The notes below the pieces were generated by a model. The model searched no databases. It was given only the letters and a program-made list of their open reading frames with translations, and was not told where the DNA came from. Source: Chrysomallon squamiferum (lineage: Eukaryota > Animalia > Mollusca). From it: a stretch of 64,000 nt of DNA. Within the stretch, counting starts at the first letter, position 1. Every line of letters begins with the position of its first letter. The stretch covers positions 4,092,001 through 4,156,000 of the forward strand of contig CM022668.1 in NCBI GenBank assembly GCA_012295275.1. The letters run 5' to 3'. The position numbers were made by a program, and so were the translations under genes. Positions 1 to 13,591 of this stretch are shown here, piece after piece.

Positions 1-36
<36 letters not shown>
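1..36. repeat. (AG)n microsatellite, truncated by window start
   Basis: Pure AG dinucleotide run. Confidence 0.95.
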
Positions 37-42
<6 letters not shown>

Positions 43-571
43 GAATTTGAGCTTATTGCTAAACAGACAAATGAAGATGAAGAATGGCAGTGATTATATA
101 TTAGAACAGGTAGAAATGTTGACAGTAGTTTTAATCTATTAATCGTGTTTGACAAGGCTGGTTATTCTCAGTGTTGTGTCTATGTCATTCCGAGTTCAAG
201 CTTTCTACCTCATTTGTTCACTGTGTTATTTCGTCTCAGCAAGATGTACAATGATTAAATATGTCACCGCTGACAGCCGAACACAGCAAATTCCAAGTCA
301 CTGCACATCATATTAGTCAGCGCATTGAGATAATTAAATAAATTTACAACTGATTAAAAATATTGATCACAATAAAATGATCTCATACACAGAGGAAGTG
401 CAATATCACAAACAAAACAAAATCAACAGAACTCATTGAAGAAATACGAAAACAAAGTAATGGTAACGTTAACGAATGCTATGATAACAAAGTAATATGG
501 ATGCAAACACAAAGTAACATAGAACCATAAAGTAATAAATTATCGCAAATTAATACAGAGTAATATAGAGA

Positions 572-655
572 ACAACACAAAATATAGGTAATATAAATGA
601 AAATACAGAATAATATAAATGACAACACAAAATATAGGTAATATAAATGAAAACA
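572..655 (+). repeat. Short direct repeat (~50-bp period) within a degenerate A-rich repeat tract (~430-780)
   Basis: ACAACACAAAATATAGGTAATATAAATGAAAA occurs at ~572 and ~622. Confidence 0.7.
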
Positions 656-1786
656 CAGACTACTATTAATTACAGCGGAGAGTAAAAGTCTACATAAGTT
701 AACATGACAAAACAGAAGTAACTGAGAGAGAAAAGCAATGAGAGTAAGAAAACTGAAGTAAAAGTAATCAGAAACTTAAAGACTTTTGAGAAAGTGTCTG
801 ACATTCTTCTAATCTATTTAATTAATCTACACAGAGAAGATGTTATTCGAGTGTTTTGATATGCTTTACCAGACGTTTACAAAACTTGTTTCAGTCACTG
901 CACTCTGTAGATGCAAACATAGATTTCAATAGTTTCATTGTTATTTCACTAACTTTATCCACTTTGAAAATATTACTTTATTTTCCCTGTCTCGAAATCA
1001 GCACATTAAATTCTTAAACACGCATACACACACGCACACGCACACACACAAACACACAAACACAAACATGCATAGCCCTAGAGAGACACATAGACATATC
1101 CAATACATGTATACATGCATACGCATACACTTATAAAATAAATGATTCAAGATTAGAAACGTATACAAAAATCATAGGTTTATCGTCTCTTGTTTTTATC
1201 TACGTGTACTACATTGAGTTAGCCTCAAGATGGAATCGAGTCTGATGAAAGTAATCCGTTTACTTTTCATAAGTACGTAGCCTGCAGCAGGTTTGTATTT
1301 AACACATTTAACAATTACTTGTTTGAAAGTGTGAAATGTGGAACACCAGAAACCTGAACATTGATTCATTCTCTCTCTCACATATACGTGCTCTTGGTAT
1401 ATCTACACACATTCACACACATACACACACATGCTAACACATCATAGATGATAAATATGTCACACTGGTGTTTTTGAACTGATGACATTTGACGCAGGAA
1501 ACTCGACTCTAAACTACTAGTTACTGAGATGCAGGGAACGACTCAAATAAGACAAATCGCTTGACTAACTTCTTAGCAGAGAATGATAACTCGATATTAA
1601 TCACTTCACATTTAATTAGGCCATATGACCTTTATTCTCCTTTAATCATGAATCAAAATGGGAAAAAGTAAAAATCAAAAAACAAAAACGTTATTTTGTA
1701 AAAGCCAGAAGAGCTGAATTTTTTTTTTTTTTAATTTGGAAGAAATTTCTAAAAACGCTTAGATCTTAATTAAAAGACTGAGCCTG

Positions 1787-1827
<41 letters not shown>

Positions 1828-1836
1828 ATAATAATA
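1787..1836 (+). repeat. poly(A) tract followed by short (TAA)n
   Basis: About 39 consecutive A then TAATAATAATA. Confidence 0.9.
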
Positions 1837-4800
1837 ATTAGATGATAATAATGTGTGGTTTCTCTAACACGCTAACTCTTCCGAGAAAGTAAAATGTCTG
1901 AAAATGGCTGAGTGACATGTTAGCACAAATAGATCATTATAATTGCAAATCTTTCATTTTTAATCTAAAATAACACCTTTCAGTTTGTTAAATATTCGAC
2001 ATCCATCTTTGCCACTAAACTATACTCGTGTCTAAAATCAGAAATTAAACAAGCGGACATGACTGGTGAGAGAGATTTTGAAGAATTTACATCAAACGAC
2101 TGATGCGTTACTGAGAAAGGAATTAGTTCTCATGACGTTGTCGTCGTTGTGTGTATATGAGACTGGACATGTCGTGTCACATTCAATACAGAATTGTAAT
2201 AAGAAACCTAGTTCTGAGGTAATTTCCTCCAGCGGGAAAGCACTGCTATATCAGACACACAGCTTAGACTTTTGTTTCAGGAAAGTCAGTGTGTTTGGCA
2301 CATACTCTTTCATCCTGGATATTGGTGTGTTTCTGTGTATGTGTATTTTTGTGTGTTGGTGCGTGTATGCGTGTTTGTGTTTGTATGTATATAGTTTTGT
2401 TAGTGCGTGTGAGTGTGTTTGTTTATATGAGTGTGTATGTGTGTGTGTGTGTATAATTTGTGTATAACATATAAAAGAATTCTCTTAAAAAAGAAAAGAG
2501 TAATAAACTGAAAAATGTACTCAACGAAAGCATGCGTGAAGCAACAAAATTTTACGAAAAAAAAATTCACTCTAAGAGACGCAGAGCTGACAATGAAGTA
2601 ATTTCTTCTCGCCAGCCACTGGGGCTTATTAATTCACACTCATATTTTATTACCCTCAGCCACAACATTAACAACTGGGTTTGCTGACTGGCAGGTCGGC
2701 GAGTGCACGAAGTTCAGGAAGACCAAATAAGTGAGAATATGTTTCTCTCTGTCTTAGTCATCTATCAAACAGTGAGAGAAAAATAACGTTTTAGTCAGAG
2801 AAACAACCGAAGTCTGATACGTAATTATATCATACCAGCCTATTTCTTTCACACACACACACATTCGTATATACAGACATACATACATACATACGTAGAT
2901 TTTAGACCTACACACACAGATATATATATATAATAGCTGAAGTTTAATTAGCTATTTTACAGATATTCCTGAAAATGCTTGACCTAATATTTAACACTGT
3001 AATTATTTCTGCCATCCTCTTGATAAATTCTTCTTTCAGTAATGAGTTGGCAATTGCTTTGACATTCAAGAAGAAAAATACCACAGCGTAGCAAAATAGT
3101 TTTCCATCGACTAATGTCTCTTATTAGTAAGCATTTGATAAGAGAGAGTCTAATAAAGTTACCTAGTGCATTTTTAACTTTTGTTGTTATCAGAATTTGT
3201 ATCTTATTTTTATCAAACTTGGTGAATCCTGAAGAACTATTTAAAAAAAGAAACGGATGTAAATTTTAATTAATTGTAATTTTGTTTTTTTTTATCAAAA
3301 ACTATGAAAAACAAACGTTTAAATCAAGACATAACGTCAGCATGGTATTAACGGAAAGAATTAACTAATGGTATTTTGATGTGGAAGAATAGAATGACGT
3401 CATCTGTGACTGGTTTGACATCACTGCCCATCAGTTGAGTGAAGGAAGCCTTGTCCGTGCAAGTGTCTGCAGTGTGAGAGCTTCGTGTGAGGAAATACGT
3501 TTCTGAGTGCAGACATCTCCGCTCGGCTTTCATTGTAACACACAAGTAATCTGAGAGTGTGACACCACGTCGTTCTCCAAATGCAAATAACAATAAACTC
3601 AACATTGTTTACCTAACTTTTCACTGCCTATTCCTTACTATTACTTTAAAGAACTGCATTTGTCAAAATAGTTGCCTGGTCTTCATTTAAGTACTATAAA
3701 TTCAAAAAATGTATTACATGTTATCATGAGGTTGGGAGAACAGATCAAACAGTTTCAGATAATTGTTTAAAATAACTGATATTATATGTACTACGAGAAA
3801 CTTTCAGGGATTATACCTAATTCCTAAATGAATCAGACATTAAACATAAAAACTGAACATTTTATGAATTATACCTTATCCCTGGCTATGTATATTTCCT
3901 GTAACATTCAGACAGACAGACAGGCATTCATGGATGCACACACACAGACACACACACGCACACACACATAAACGTACACGTCCTCTCTTTGAATCTGTTT
4001 TTATCTTTCTCTCTTTGTCTCTGTGAATGAAAAAAACTGTGAAGACAAACACGTGTCTCTGTCTCCAGTAGAATATTGGAATCATGAATTACTGTAGCTC
4101 ATGAATTTTCTTTTACAAATAGCAGTCTTACTGTTACAACCGTAGTCAATTACTTTTCTAGGTACTAGGAGTAATGAATAAATGAATATTTGTTACGTGA
4201 ACATTTTTTTTGTATTAGGAAAAAAAACCACACTTTATTAGTTACTCTGAATAGTTGGCACCAAAGTAACTTTATATAAGTATTTCCTCACAATGAAATA
4301 ATAAAAAACAACACTGTTTAAAGTTAGAACGTGAAATATATGTATGACAAGAGCAGAGAAAATACATGCAACAAACGCCTTTCGTAAGTATCAATGTAAA
4401 AGTTTAGGAAAAAACAACAAACAAACAAATAAATAAAATCAAAAATCAAAAATCAGCCGAAATCACAAATATTATGTAACTTTATTGTTAATAAATAATA
4501 TCCTTGCTTATAATAATGGTCTTTACTAGATGGTCTAGTGTCATGACTATAATCATGGTGCTACTGTTAACTTCTTTCTCGCAGACCTTACAACATTTCA
4601 CATGTGTGTACGTGTAGGTCATTGTAACGTAACGTATATTGCACGAAGCAGTAGAACTTGGACGTTATACATTTATATTGATTGTCACTAAGCTATCATC
4701 ATTATGCTGACTTTCTCTAATCATCTTGTCACTGTTATTTTTAGCTGTCCATTATTTTTTACCCAGAGTTTATTGCAACCAGCTGATTATGTTAGCACAA

Positions 4801-5045
4801 TTACGTTGTAATCACATAATTCTTTAACAAGGACGTCAGTAAATTGATGACGTGTTTTTTTACGATAAAATCCTCAATAAATCACACTGATTTTTACAAT
4901 AAATAAAATCCTCATATTAAACAAAGTAGATTTTAACAGACTGTTTCGAAAATACAGATTAAAAATAGTGAAAGCTGGGTTTTGCGTTAGCAAAGTAAAA
5001 TGTGCCTATTTAAACAGCAAGATTAGAGTCAGATATTGTGATTCG

Positions 5046-5235
5046 AATAAAGTACACGACCCTTTTTTAAAACGAAGTATAGGATATCGTTTAAACAAAA
5101 TATAAGAGCCTCCTTTTTTTTTTAAAACTAAGTATAGAATTCTTTTTTTGTTTTTAAAAAGAAAAAAAAAGTAAAGGATATTCCTTTTTAAACAAAGATT
5201 ATTCTTTTTTGAAGAAAGGATTTTCTTTTTTAAAC
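5046..5235 (-). repeat. Degenerate ~28-bp minisatellite (same family as 7251-7403, opposite orientation)
   Basis: Units such as AAACGAAGTATAGGATATCGTTTAAAC and AAGTAAAGGATATTCCTTTTTAAAC are the reverse complement of the AAAAAAGAATATCCTATACTTTGTTT-type units at 7251-7403. Confidence 0.7.
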
Positions 5236-5885
5236 GACTGTTAGCTAAGTGTAATCTATTGATTCTGCACACACAAGTCTGACTGAGTGGTATTTCGAGT
5301 AACGTCCCAGAGGTGTTGTTACAGGAGCCAGACAGTCACTGGAAGCAACCCAGCCAGAGACAGAAGTTTAAAAAAGATGGATTTGCCAATCGTTACCTGA
5401 ATGAAATCAGCTGAAAACCTTATTACTTGCTGAACGTTTCATAAGTCATTATAAAACTGATTTTATTTACGAACAAGGATAATTTGATCTAACAATTAGA
5501 GTTTGTTTCTTAGTTTTCCATCACTTTAGTCGACAATGTCAAACACTGGCTTATTCCAACACAGCGTTACCAGAGGGAACATTTTTTATTTTCAGATTAG
5601 CAGTAAGCACTGCTTGATATTCACATCACCATAGCTAGAAACAAACAATCCACAGAAACAAGATAAAAGATAAAAAGATTACAGAGAAATCCCCGTCTTT
5701 TGCTGTATTTCCCCTTTCTTTCTTTTTCTTTATATATATATAGTTTGTGTCTGAGTGTGTGTGTGGATAGATAGATAGACAGATAGATGTAATATAATCC
5801 TTTGATAGATTTTTCTCAGCAAACCATCTTTTCTTTATATACAATTGGCCATATTATTACTAAATGTATTATTATTACTATTAAG

Positions 5886-6245
5886 TAACAGACACGTACT
5901 TCATTAAATACTTCTTTTCAAGTAATAGTCACGCACTTCTTTACAAATAATAGTCACATGCTTATGTACAAATAATAGTCACGTACTTATGTTCAAGCAA
6001 GTCACGTACTTCTTTTCAAATAACAGTCACGTATTTCTTTACAGATAACATTGGTGTTGTTTTACAAGTAAAACTGACGAGCTTCTTTATCAGTAATCAT
6101 CCCGTTCTTCTTTAAAGTAAAGGTTTTGTGGTTTGTTTGTTTCGTTTTTTAATAGCAAAAGTCACTTCCTGCTTTATAAATAATTGTCACGTGCTTCGTT
6201 ACACGTATTTTTGTAAAAGTCACGTGTTAGTTTACATGTATTTTC
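5886..6245 (+). repeat. Degenerate 25-bp minisatellite with GTCACGT core
   Basis: Consecutive units TAATAGTCACGCACTTCTTTACAAA / TAATAGTCACATGCTTATGTACAAA / TAATAGTCACGTACTTATGTTCAAG and further decayed units. Confidence 0.8.
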
Positions 6246-6529
6246 ACGTCATCAGCGGTTCATTATAAGACACCTTGCTCTGAGCCTCACAGGAAAACAC
6301 CTCGTGTCACATTTCTTATATAACCACAGGCACAACGTTCATTTGCGAATGTTAATAACTGAGCTGCAGGCAAAGTGCCAAGTCATTGAGTCCAGTGCAA
6401 TGACGGAACATCAGCGAAATGAATAAATGTTCTTAAATACAAAATACAATTAGCGTGAATAATAAAAAGCTCACTTTAACAAATGTTTTGTTGATACTTC
6501 ATTTGTTAGTGTTTAGTTTGTTAATTTAT

Positions 6530-6730
6530 TACATTTATATTATATTATATTGCATTATGCTACATTTTACTACATTAAATTACATTACTTTACAGTACTT
6601 TAGATAGCATTACATTACATTATATTATAGTAAATTACGTTTCGTTACGTTATATTATATTAAATTACACTATATTATACCGTATATTACAGTGCAGCAC
6701 AGAACACTACAGAACAGTACATTATTATAC
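6530..6730 (+). repeat. Degenerate pentanucleotide (ATTAC/ATTAT)n microsatellite
   Basis: ACATT/ATATT periodicity is visible throughout. Confidence 0.75.
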
Positions 6731-7250
6731 CAAAATTTGAAATTAATTGTTGTACTGTATTTTGCTGGGCTATCACTAGTTATTTTTAACCTAGTAACTT
6801 GTATGTAGAATGACAAGAGGAATTAACTACTTGTACCACTCAGTGTACTCAGACTGCTCTTATTAGTACAAACAGATTAGAGACTCGCTGCCTCCCCGCT
6901 TCACGACTTCGCTGTGATAATCCAGTCGTGCACGCGTTTACTGATCCCGTGAGAACACAGTGTCACAATTACTCACGAAACACCCAGTGAAACGGTTTCC
7001 ATTTTCTAAAAGAATCGAGTTTGATCAATGAAAGTTCCTGTCTGCTGGTCCAATTTTTTTTTTTTTTGATTCTTATTAGCGATAAAGTTTTAACACGAAT
7101 TTTTAAAATATTTTAAAATGTCGGGCCTAGCGAGACATGATACAATTATGCATTATGTTTTGGGCATGTTATTGTTCACGTTATAGATATCCAACTGATA
7201 ATGATTTCATTTATAACTACTGATGTTATATCTACTCAGTTAGAAAAATG

Positions 7251-7403
7251 AATCTCCTATGCTTTGTTTAAAAAAAGAATATCATATACTTTGTTTAAAA
7301 AAGAATATGCTATATTTTGTTTAAAAAGGAATATCTTATTATTATTTTAAAAAGAGTATCCTATACTTTGTTAAAAAAGAAAATCTTATACTTTATTTAA
7401 AAA
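7251..7403 (+). repeat. ~28-29-bp minisatellite, about 5 units
   Basis: Repeated AAAAAAGAATATC(C/A/T)TATACTTTGTTT-like units. Confidence 0.8.
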
Positions 7404-7920
7404 TTATACAAAATACATGTGGCAGTATTATTTTGTTTATAACAAAATGCGATTTATTACTGTCTGTCTGGTAAATAAGCCACTGAGAGTTGCTTCCCCT
7501 GCGTTATAACAAGCTTTGTGATAAAATTTCGAAGGATCTTATAACCTTTGTACACTTTGATATGTGTGAGTGTATATGTGCGTGCGGGCGTTCGTGTTTG
7601 ATTGTACAACTAATATTTGTACGTGTGTGTAAGTTCCTATATGCGAAAACTTACATATATACATTATATAGTACATATTCTTAAATTCACTGTTTATTTA
7701 TTTATTTATGTAATTTTTACCTTTTTATTTATTCGGAAATATAATTTTCATTGATTTACATACTTTTGTGTGTCTCTATTATTAACATAACAATTCACAC
7801 TTTTTTTTTATTTAAGAACTAAGTGTACTTTATGTTAGGCTGTAACAAATATAATTATTTCGACATCTGTTTGTCTTTTAAAATGATAATTTTGTAACAG
7901 CTGCAAACTCTATAATTTTA

Positions 7921-8088
<168 letters not shown>

Positions 8089-8315
8089 TGATGATGCTAA
8101 TAATATGTAAAGAACAACTAAGTAAATAAATACTAAATATATAAATACATAAATAAATATATATATATAAGAAAGAAAGAAAGACAAATTAAATAAACAA
8201 AATAAAAGAATAATAATGACAAATAATATTGATAATACTCCCATAACTGTTACTACTTCAAACACCACAATAGCAACAACTACTTCTATTACAGAGTGAC
8301 AGAATTCTTCTGTTC

Positions 8316-8317
<2 letters not shown>

Positions 8318-8386
<69 letters not shown>

Positions 8387-8397
8387 AATAAATAAAT
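8318..8397. repeat. (AAT)n(AAAT)n microsatellite, probably in or just after the LicD-gene 3' UTR
   Basis: Direct reading; lies ~90 bp past the CDS stop on the minus strand. Confidence 0.9.
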
Positions 8398-8482
8398 GAA
8401 TAAAACAGATAATAGAATTCTTTATAAAGATGTCAAAGTGTGAAACGTATCAAGCTGGAGAGTCTGGGACTGGTTTGCTTCT

Positions 8483-9412
8483 TTATACACATGGTTTAGT
8501 TACCGTGATTTTCCGTAACACCTCGTCTCCACGTTTCAGTGTTTCAGTAACGTGGGTAGAATTATATTCTCTGAAGACAAAAGGGAAGACGTCGTGTAAG
8601 GTGATGCATGAGACTGTCGACTCTTTAATGGTGACGTGGTCTTTGTGCAGGTACCAGAGTGACTTGCACTTCTCTACTTTGTACTGTTCTACGAGCTGGC
8701 TCATCCTGCACGGAGTTGAGACGTTTCGGTTTTCGAAAATACGACTTTGAAGTGGATAAATGTCGTCCTTTTTGTACACGTAATCTTTTATGTTTGTAAA
8801 TAAACCAAACACGTGAGTTGAGTTTTCACCGAAGATAAAAATATCAAGAAAAGGATATTTAAATGATTTCAGTCTGGCTAGAGGTGGCAGATCCTTTTTG
8901 AAAAGCTTCCACTGATAATTGTCAGGAGAGTACAGCTCATAGTCCTCGCTTCGTTTCAGCGCTTGTCGAGTTTTGTTGATATCGGAAACAACAAGAACAA
9001 TATCCAAGTCGTCGTCCCATGGAATAAAGCCGTGGTGTCGGTACACTCCCAGAAGAGACCCACCCCACAGAAAATACGTCAGATTTGCCGTTTCACACAT
9101 CTCAGTAAAAACATCGAGAGTGAGAAGCATGAGAACTTGGTCGTTTATCGACATCCGCGGCAGAAAATGTTTGAGAGCTGGATCAGAGATAATTTTCTTT
9201 TTATTTCCAACATACCAAATGTCAACACCTCCTCTCTTCCCAACAACACGTTCAGTCAGAGAGTAGTAGATCGTCTTCAGACTTTGTTCATTCTGGACAA
9301 AATAGTGACCTCGTGATGAAAGAAGCACGTTTAGAATGACTGTCACAAAACCTAATACTACAAACAATGCAAGCATCTTTCTTATATTTCTCAGTCTGCA
9401 GAAAAATGTCAT
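8483..9412 (-). CDS. LicD/fukutin-family phosphotransferase (nucleotidyltransferase fold), predicted type II membrane protein, 309 aa, coding region in one exon
   Basis: Intact ATG-to-stop ORF. N-terminal basic stretch plus hydrophobic anchor (RNIRK-MLALFVVLGFVTVILNVLL). LicD signature YFLWGGSLLGVYRHHGFIPWDDDLDI and downstream YPFLDIFIF. Candidate N-glycosylation sequons (NLT, NST, NVS). Confidence 0.92.
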   Translation of the reverse strand: MTFFCRLRNIRKMLALFVVLGFVTVILNVLLSSRGHYFVQNEQSLKTIYYSLTERVVGKRGGVDIWYVGNKKKIISDPALKHFLPRMSINDQVLMLLTLDVFTEMCETANLTYFLWGGSLLGVYRHHGFIPWDDDLDIVLVVSDINKTRQALKRSEDYELYSPDNYQWKLFKKDLPPLARLKSFKYPFLDIFIFGENSTHVFGLFTNIKDYVYKKDDIYPLQSRIFENRNVSTPCRMSQLVEQYKVEKCKSLWYLHKDHVTIKESTVSCITLHDVFPFVFREYNSTHVTETLKRGDEVLRKITVTKPCV

Positions 9413-9474
9413 GTTCAGTGTTTAACTATCACTAGACGTTAGTAGTAATAGTAGTACAGTAATAGTGCTGTATA

Positions 9475-9543
9475 TTATATAACTTGTTTAGTAAACAGTC
9501 TCGCTGAATTACCTTCGCGATTTTGTTTTTATGACGTCACGTG
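9475..9543 (-). promoter_or_regulatory. Candidate proximal promoter motifs for the LicD-like gene: overlapping CRE/E-box and TATA-like element
   Basis: TGACGTCA (9532-9539) overlaps CACGTG (9538-9543). TATATAA lies on the minus strand at 9481-9475, ~65 bp upstream of the ATG. Motif match only. Confidence 0.3.
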
Positions 9544-9639
9544 TGTATATAATTGTTGCCATGGATTTTCAAAGACTATGGAAGTTAATAGATAACTTTT
9601 ACCTCTTAGAGTCAGTCCTTTTACCAAATCTTTAATCCA

Positions 9640-9653
9640 CTGAAAAACAAAGA
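9640..9653 (-). other. Candidate splice acceptor for the LicD coding exon
   Basis: Minus strand reads TCTTTGTTTTTCAG|TGGATT (polypyrimidine tract plus CAG). Confidence 0.45.
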
Positions 9654-10201
9654 ATGTTATTAAAGATTAATTAACAATGTTGTGTATTTATCTATGTATG
9701 CGTCCATACATGTATGCGTGCGTACATACGTTTGTATCTATTTTTCACTTGTTTAAAAAACTGAAACTGCATCAGTGAATAAACCTATCCCATCCAAATA
9801 GTAATAAATAAACGCATTAAAATAATAGTAATAATATTATAGAAATAAGACCTCAAGATAATAAATAAATAACTAATAATAACAAATAAAAACAGATACA
9901 AAATTAAAACGTGTTCTTCAACATTAGAAAATATCAGTTTCAGTGACAAACGTCTAACAGAGAAAAATAACAAAATATCGTTTGTCAGCTGTTTCACGCT
10001 CATCGCGAAAAACACGTTCACCTGCAAGATTCATAAAAAATATACATAAAACAAAGTGTGCTGCATCAGAAAGCTACTAGTCCAATAACAGTCTGCTAAC
10101 ACACTGACACACACACACGTACACATACACACACAAACACACAAGTACACACACATACACACGCACAAGTACACACACACACCACACACACATACACTTA
10201 C

Positions 10202-10245
10202 CTGTTCTAACTTAAATAACCGCCAACCAGAAACATCTAAAACAC
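10202..10245 (-). other. Candidate small 5'-UTR exon of the LicD-like gene
   Basis: Minus strand TTTTTGATTTATTCAG|GTG...TTAGAACAG|GTAAGTGT: acceptor plus a perfect-consensus donor. No transcript evidence. Confidence 0.4.
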
Positions 10246-10383
10246 CTGAATAAATCAAAAACACACCTGTGTGTCTTACTCGCTCAGCACGTGCTGATAA
10301 AGATTTCATTAAATGCAACAATGGTTTTTCAAACATTAAAAACACATTATAAAAAAATCTGTTTCATATAAAATAAAAAAATG

Positions 10384-10498
<115 letters not shown>

Positions 10499-11685
10499 GT
10501 CGTCAGCAGTGTTTATTGTTATTTGTAAATGAATACAAGACTAAAGATTTTTTAACTGAATTTTGTTAGGTTTTATTTTGTATTAATTATTATTTTTTTA
10601 CATTTTTATTATTTTTTGTTGTTTTCTGCTTTTGTATTTATTTATTTAATTTTTTATTTTTATTATTATTATTATTTTTTTTTTTTTTGGGGAAATTCAC
10701 AACAGAAATGGAATGTTCTATAGTATCAGTTTCAGTGCACGTGTAACGTGTATGAACGTGTGTACAGTGAAACCTCCCAAAACTGAACCCGATAAACCGG
10801 AATTCTCTCACGATTCCGTGAAATTTGCCAAACAAATCAGAAATGCCTCCAAACAGCAGCCGATGAAATTATCCCGTTCCAATGTGTTCCTCTAATGCAA
10901 ATTTTACCGGAGGGTCCTGTTTACGTGAATCCTTACTGCATTACCAGTACCGAGTCAGTAGATAATGCGATTACGTATGCGAATACTAGTTATTTATTAA
11001 TGATTAAGTGTACACAGTGTAGTTGTATGTTAACTCTTCGTCTAGTTTATAAGTTAATTTATTTTTATTTTATTTATTTATTTATTTTTTTGTATCATTT
11101 ATATGCTGTTCATGTTTCTAAGGTTAAAAACTATTTTCTAGTTTTTTTTTTTTTTTTATTATTATTTTTTTTTTAAAAGTCCTGAAATATCAATACTAAG
11201 TTATTTAAGGTTTGAACATATTATTACATGTCTATTTCATTTCATTTATTTTATTATTAGTTTGATGATATTTTAGTTCTTTTGCTAAAATTATCTGTAA
11301 TTACTTTAAATTTCTTGAACAAAATACACCTATACCCATGACTAAAAAACAAAAACAACAAAACGAAAGAAAATAACTGAATTCTGTAGCCATTAAATAT
11401 ATATATATATAAAAAAATTATTTAAAAAAAGGCTTTTAATAAACTACCTATAAGATACACCTAAAAACTGACAAAACGTTTAATTATTATAAAACTTTCT
11501 TATTTAATCAGTGATTCGTTATTTCTTATAAAACATCTTTTTCCTCTGCACATAATTTATTACAAGGTTTTTTCTATCGTGTTTAAAACTATTTCATCGC
11601 GAATCTAGTGTGTTCTTTCTGTTCAATATTCTAATCACCTTCTCAAAATGGGTTAAAAAAAAAACAACTACAACCCAAACAAACA

Positions 11686-11801
<116 letters not shown>

Positions 11802-13591
11802 ATTCTCCAGAAAGACTCGCTGGTTTGTTTGATAGTAAACTTTGTATTTGAATTAGACAATAAATCAATGCCAGCACTAAAGAGACAATTGTTTATAATT
11901 TATCTCTTTTTATTAATCTTCTATTATATAATGTGATTCATTTCTTTTATTTTCTTCTTTCTTTTTATTTATATACACCTATATAGATATATATTTTTTG
12001 TTTTTTCTTTCTTTTTTTATTTTCGTATTTTAAAGTGTGATTTTAAATAAATGCGTGTGCGAGCCCCGACATGAAATGTTTCTGTTTCACAAAGAAGGGC
12101 AATAGGAGGACATATGCAACTAAATTTATGTCTATTAAAGTTTGTGTTTGAAGTGTCTACAGCCTCAGCAAAGAAACAAAATAAGGTAAACGGTGTAATT
12201 AAAATAAAAAATATAAACAAAGCAATAAAACTTACATTGAAAGTAAAGTTCTTACCGCTTAGTGAGAAAAGTTAAAATAACAAATCACAATAAATGTAGT
12301 GTTTTTTATGTATGTTTTCTCTTTCTTACTTTTTCTCCTTCCTGGTTTGTGCAAATACACATGTTTAAACAAACAAACACACAAAATAAATAAATAAATA
12401 ATTTAAAACAAATGAAAAAATGTGTTCTATACTACACGTGCGTGCCATCTGCTCTATCTGTATCTTTACTTCACTGTGGACTGCACGCAAATAAAAGACG
12501 TGGCGTTCAATAACTGTGTGCACTGACAGTGTTTCTGTTAACTTAGTACAAACGACCCAAGCCGCATACAACTCTTCCGTATAATTACAGGTGTGTTCCA
12601 AACATTAGAAATATCCAAACGTAAATTACAATATTTATAAATACGTCATCTTAGAAAAACCACGTTCATACAGGTAAAGAAGATAATAACTTAACAAAAC
12701 TGCTGAAACGATAACACGTTATATTGTCATATAAAATTAATTTAAGTGGTGTATGTGTGTTGTTTAGGGAGTGTATGGTGCGTGTGGTGTTTGTCATGTT
12801 TGTGTGTGTGGTGCGTGTTTTAGTGTTTGTCATGTCTGTGTGTGTGGTGCGTGTTTTAGTGTGTGGAGTATATTGTGCGTGTGGTGCGTGTGGAGTGTGT
12901 GGTGTGTGCGGTGTTTGTGGTGCGTGTATGAATTATCTATGAATTAATGGTATACTGATCATATTATAAGGCAGGTTATTAATCAGAATTATTTATACCT
13001 GAAAGTATTTGTGTAAATTTGTAGAAATATAAATTGTTTGACAAGATAAATACATGTCATTATTTAAAATCATATTACATAATTAATTTTTAGAATCTGT
13101 AATAATGTTTGCAGTAGGCACTGGATTGGAAAATGGATGATAAATAAAAAATAAATTAATAAAAGAAATACATAGCTTAATTTGTGTGTGTGTGTGTGTG
13201 TGTGTCTATGTATTTGTGATTGTGTATGTACATGTGTCCACCTATACACAACCACTGTAAACACAAAACATAGGGATTCATATATATTTTATTTATACTC
13301 ATCAATATTCAGTCCATTTCAGATGCTTACCTCTATCACACAGTGTGTGTGAGTGCGTGCGTGCGTGCCTGTGTGTTATGTGTATACAGACAGACAGATC
13401 GATAGATCTGACAGATCCTGAAATCACTATAAATAGTTGCAATATATGATCACTAGATAAGTTTCTATATTTTCAGTCAGTAAACAAAAACAATATAACT
13501 TTTTTTAATATTTAATTACCAGTTTAATCTTAAAACCTCATAGTTCTTATACAAATTGCAGCATGCGTTTGTTTTTAGACAGCACTGTAAT

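Noticed and set aside
1479-1505. CTGATGA...GAAAC hammerhead-ribozyme-like core (also minus strand near 6250)
   Set aside because: The intervening bases cannot form stem II and the flanking stems are absent.
5325-5414. Possible plus-strand terminal exon (EPDSHWKQ...YLNEIS*) after TTGTTACAG
   Set aside because: Short, no recognisable homology and no partner exons identified.
8430-9316. Plus-strand ORFs 8430-8750, 8963-9316 and 8973-9266
   Set aside because: Antisense shadows of the LicD CDS with no recognisable motifs.
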